A program made the position numbers and the translations under genes. From Callorhinchus milii (lineage: Eukaryota), in assembly GCF_018977255.1 (NCBI RefSeq), contig NW_024704742.1, positions 104,658,001 to 104,722,000 of the forward strand: a DNA stretch of 64,000 nt, in the 5' to 3' direction. Below the pieces are notes generated by a model that did not search any database, was not told the DNA's origin, and saw only the letters and a list, made by a program, of their open reading frames with translations. This document shows, piece after piece, positions 63,081 through 64,000 of this stretch (positions are counted from its first letter, which is position 1; every line of letters begins with the position of its first letter).

Positions 63081-63186
63081 CGCAAAGTTGGTTTTAATAC
63101 AATGGGTTCAGGATCCAATGTGAATCTATCAGCAGGTTGGACAGATCTAGTTTTGCTGGCTCAATGTAAAGGGATAATACAAGACG
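63081..63186 (+). CDS. TMEM232: TMEM232 coding exon RKVGFNTMGSGSNVNLSAGWTDLVLLAQCKGIIQD
   Basis: Polypyrimidine-CAG acceptor and G|GTGAGT donor; matches [35 protein letters not shown]. The gene continues beyond the window. Confidence 0.93.
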
Positions 63187-63909
63187 GTGAGTTTTGAATT
63201 GCTATTTCCTAAAGCATTTTTACTTTACAAATAAATTGCAATGCCACAAAGCAGGTAGGATGAAGCTCCTGATAAGATTGCAGCCCAATTTCTCAGGAAA
63301 TTACAGGGAAATGCAAACCATTTGTTTCTGGAAAATTGTTTTGATTTGGAAGAATATTTTGGTCAAAGGGCTGCAAGTGAACCAAAAGTGAAAATTCTGA
63401 AACTTGCAATGAAGATTAAAAATAAATCTGTTATTGGCAATGACTAATTGGTTACCATGAGGGGGCGTGAGTGCTATGGTGCTTTTAAATTTAAAAGCTA
63501 TAATGAAAATCATATCGACATGGGATCTAATTAAAATTTAGATAAGAGATAAAAGCATGCCTTCTCCATCTGATACCATTTGATAAAAATGGCAAAAACA
63601 ATTAGCTCCCATCGTGTCTTGGAGCGCCGTATAGTGCAGGTTTGGATGCCGAGCTAGGTAGAAGGGGGGAGGAGGAGGTGACCATAGGGACAGTTGAAGA
63701 GGTAAGAGGAAAGTCTTCAGGTTGCTTTTAAAGATAGATAGAGGGGCAAGTCGAAGGGATTGAGACAGGAAGTTCCAGAGTTAGGGGTGTAGGTCACTGA
63801 AGGCACGGCCACCAATGGTCTAGGTATGTACAGTAGTCCTATGTCAGCTGAGTAAAGGGGGTGGGGGCAGAAGAGTGGGGTACAAGCAGCTACGAGAGAT
63901 AGGGAGGTG

Positions 63910-64000
63910 CTAGCTCAGTGGTTAGAGCATTCACTTTACAAGTGAGAGTCCTGAGTTCAATTCCAGGCAGGGCGAAACCTTGGGCAAGTTTCCTTACTCC
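63910..64000 (+). mobile_element. SINE head (truncated by window end)
   Basis: TAGCTCAGTGGTTAGAGC...GAGTTCAATTCCAGGCAGGGCGAAACC. Confidence 0.88.

Overview
Repeat-rich vertebrate genomic DNA. The SINE/L2/CR1 repertoire suggests a cartilaginous fish, probably a chimaera/elephant-shark-like holocephalan (inference). The window holds a complete 8-exon SLC25A46 gene on the minus strand (ATG 39880 to stop 14833; 1254-nt CDS, 417 aa if a GC donor at exon 1 is used), with a CpG-island promoter. A divergent TMEM232 gene lies on the plus strand: a probable non-coding exon with an RFX X-box at ~54.6 kb and three coding exons at 56588-63186, running off the window. The rest is nested retroelements (L2, CR1, tRNA-SINEs, Deu-domain SINEs, an RTE-like 5' repeat), DNA-transposon relics and satellites. 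The most notable observations are: three Penelope-type terminal repeats carrying minimal hammerhead-ribozyme motifs (two as an inverted pair just inside SLC25A46 intron 1); a likely GC-AG first intron with a competing in-frame GT donor; a ~100-bp TMEM232 promoter/exon wedged between two >1-kb satellites; and a SINE 3' stem-loop whose loop matches the co-resident young L2. Repeat boundaries were placed by eye and are approximate; comparisons to human proteins are from memory.
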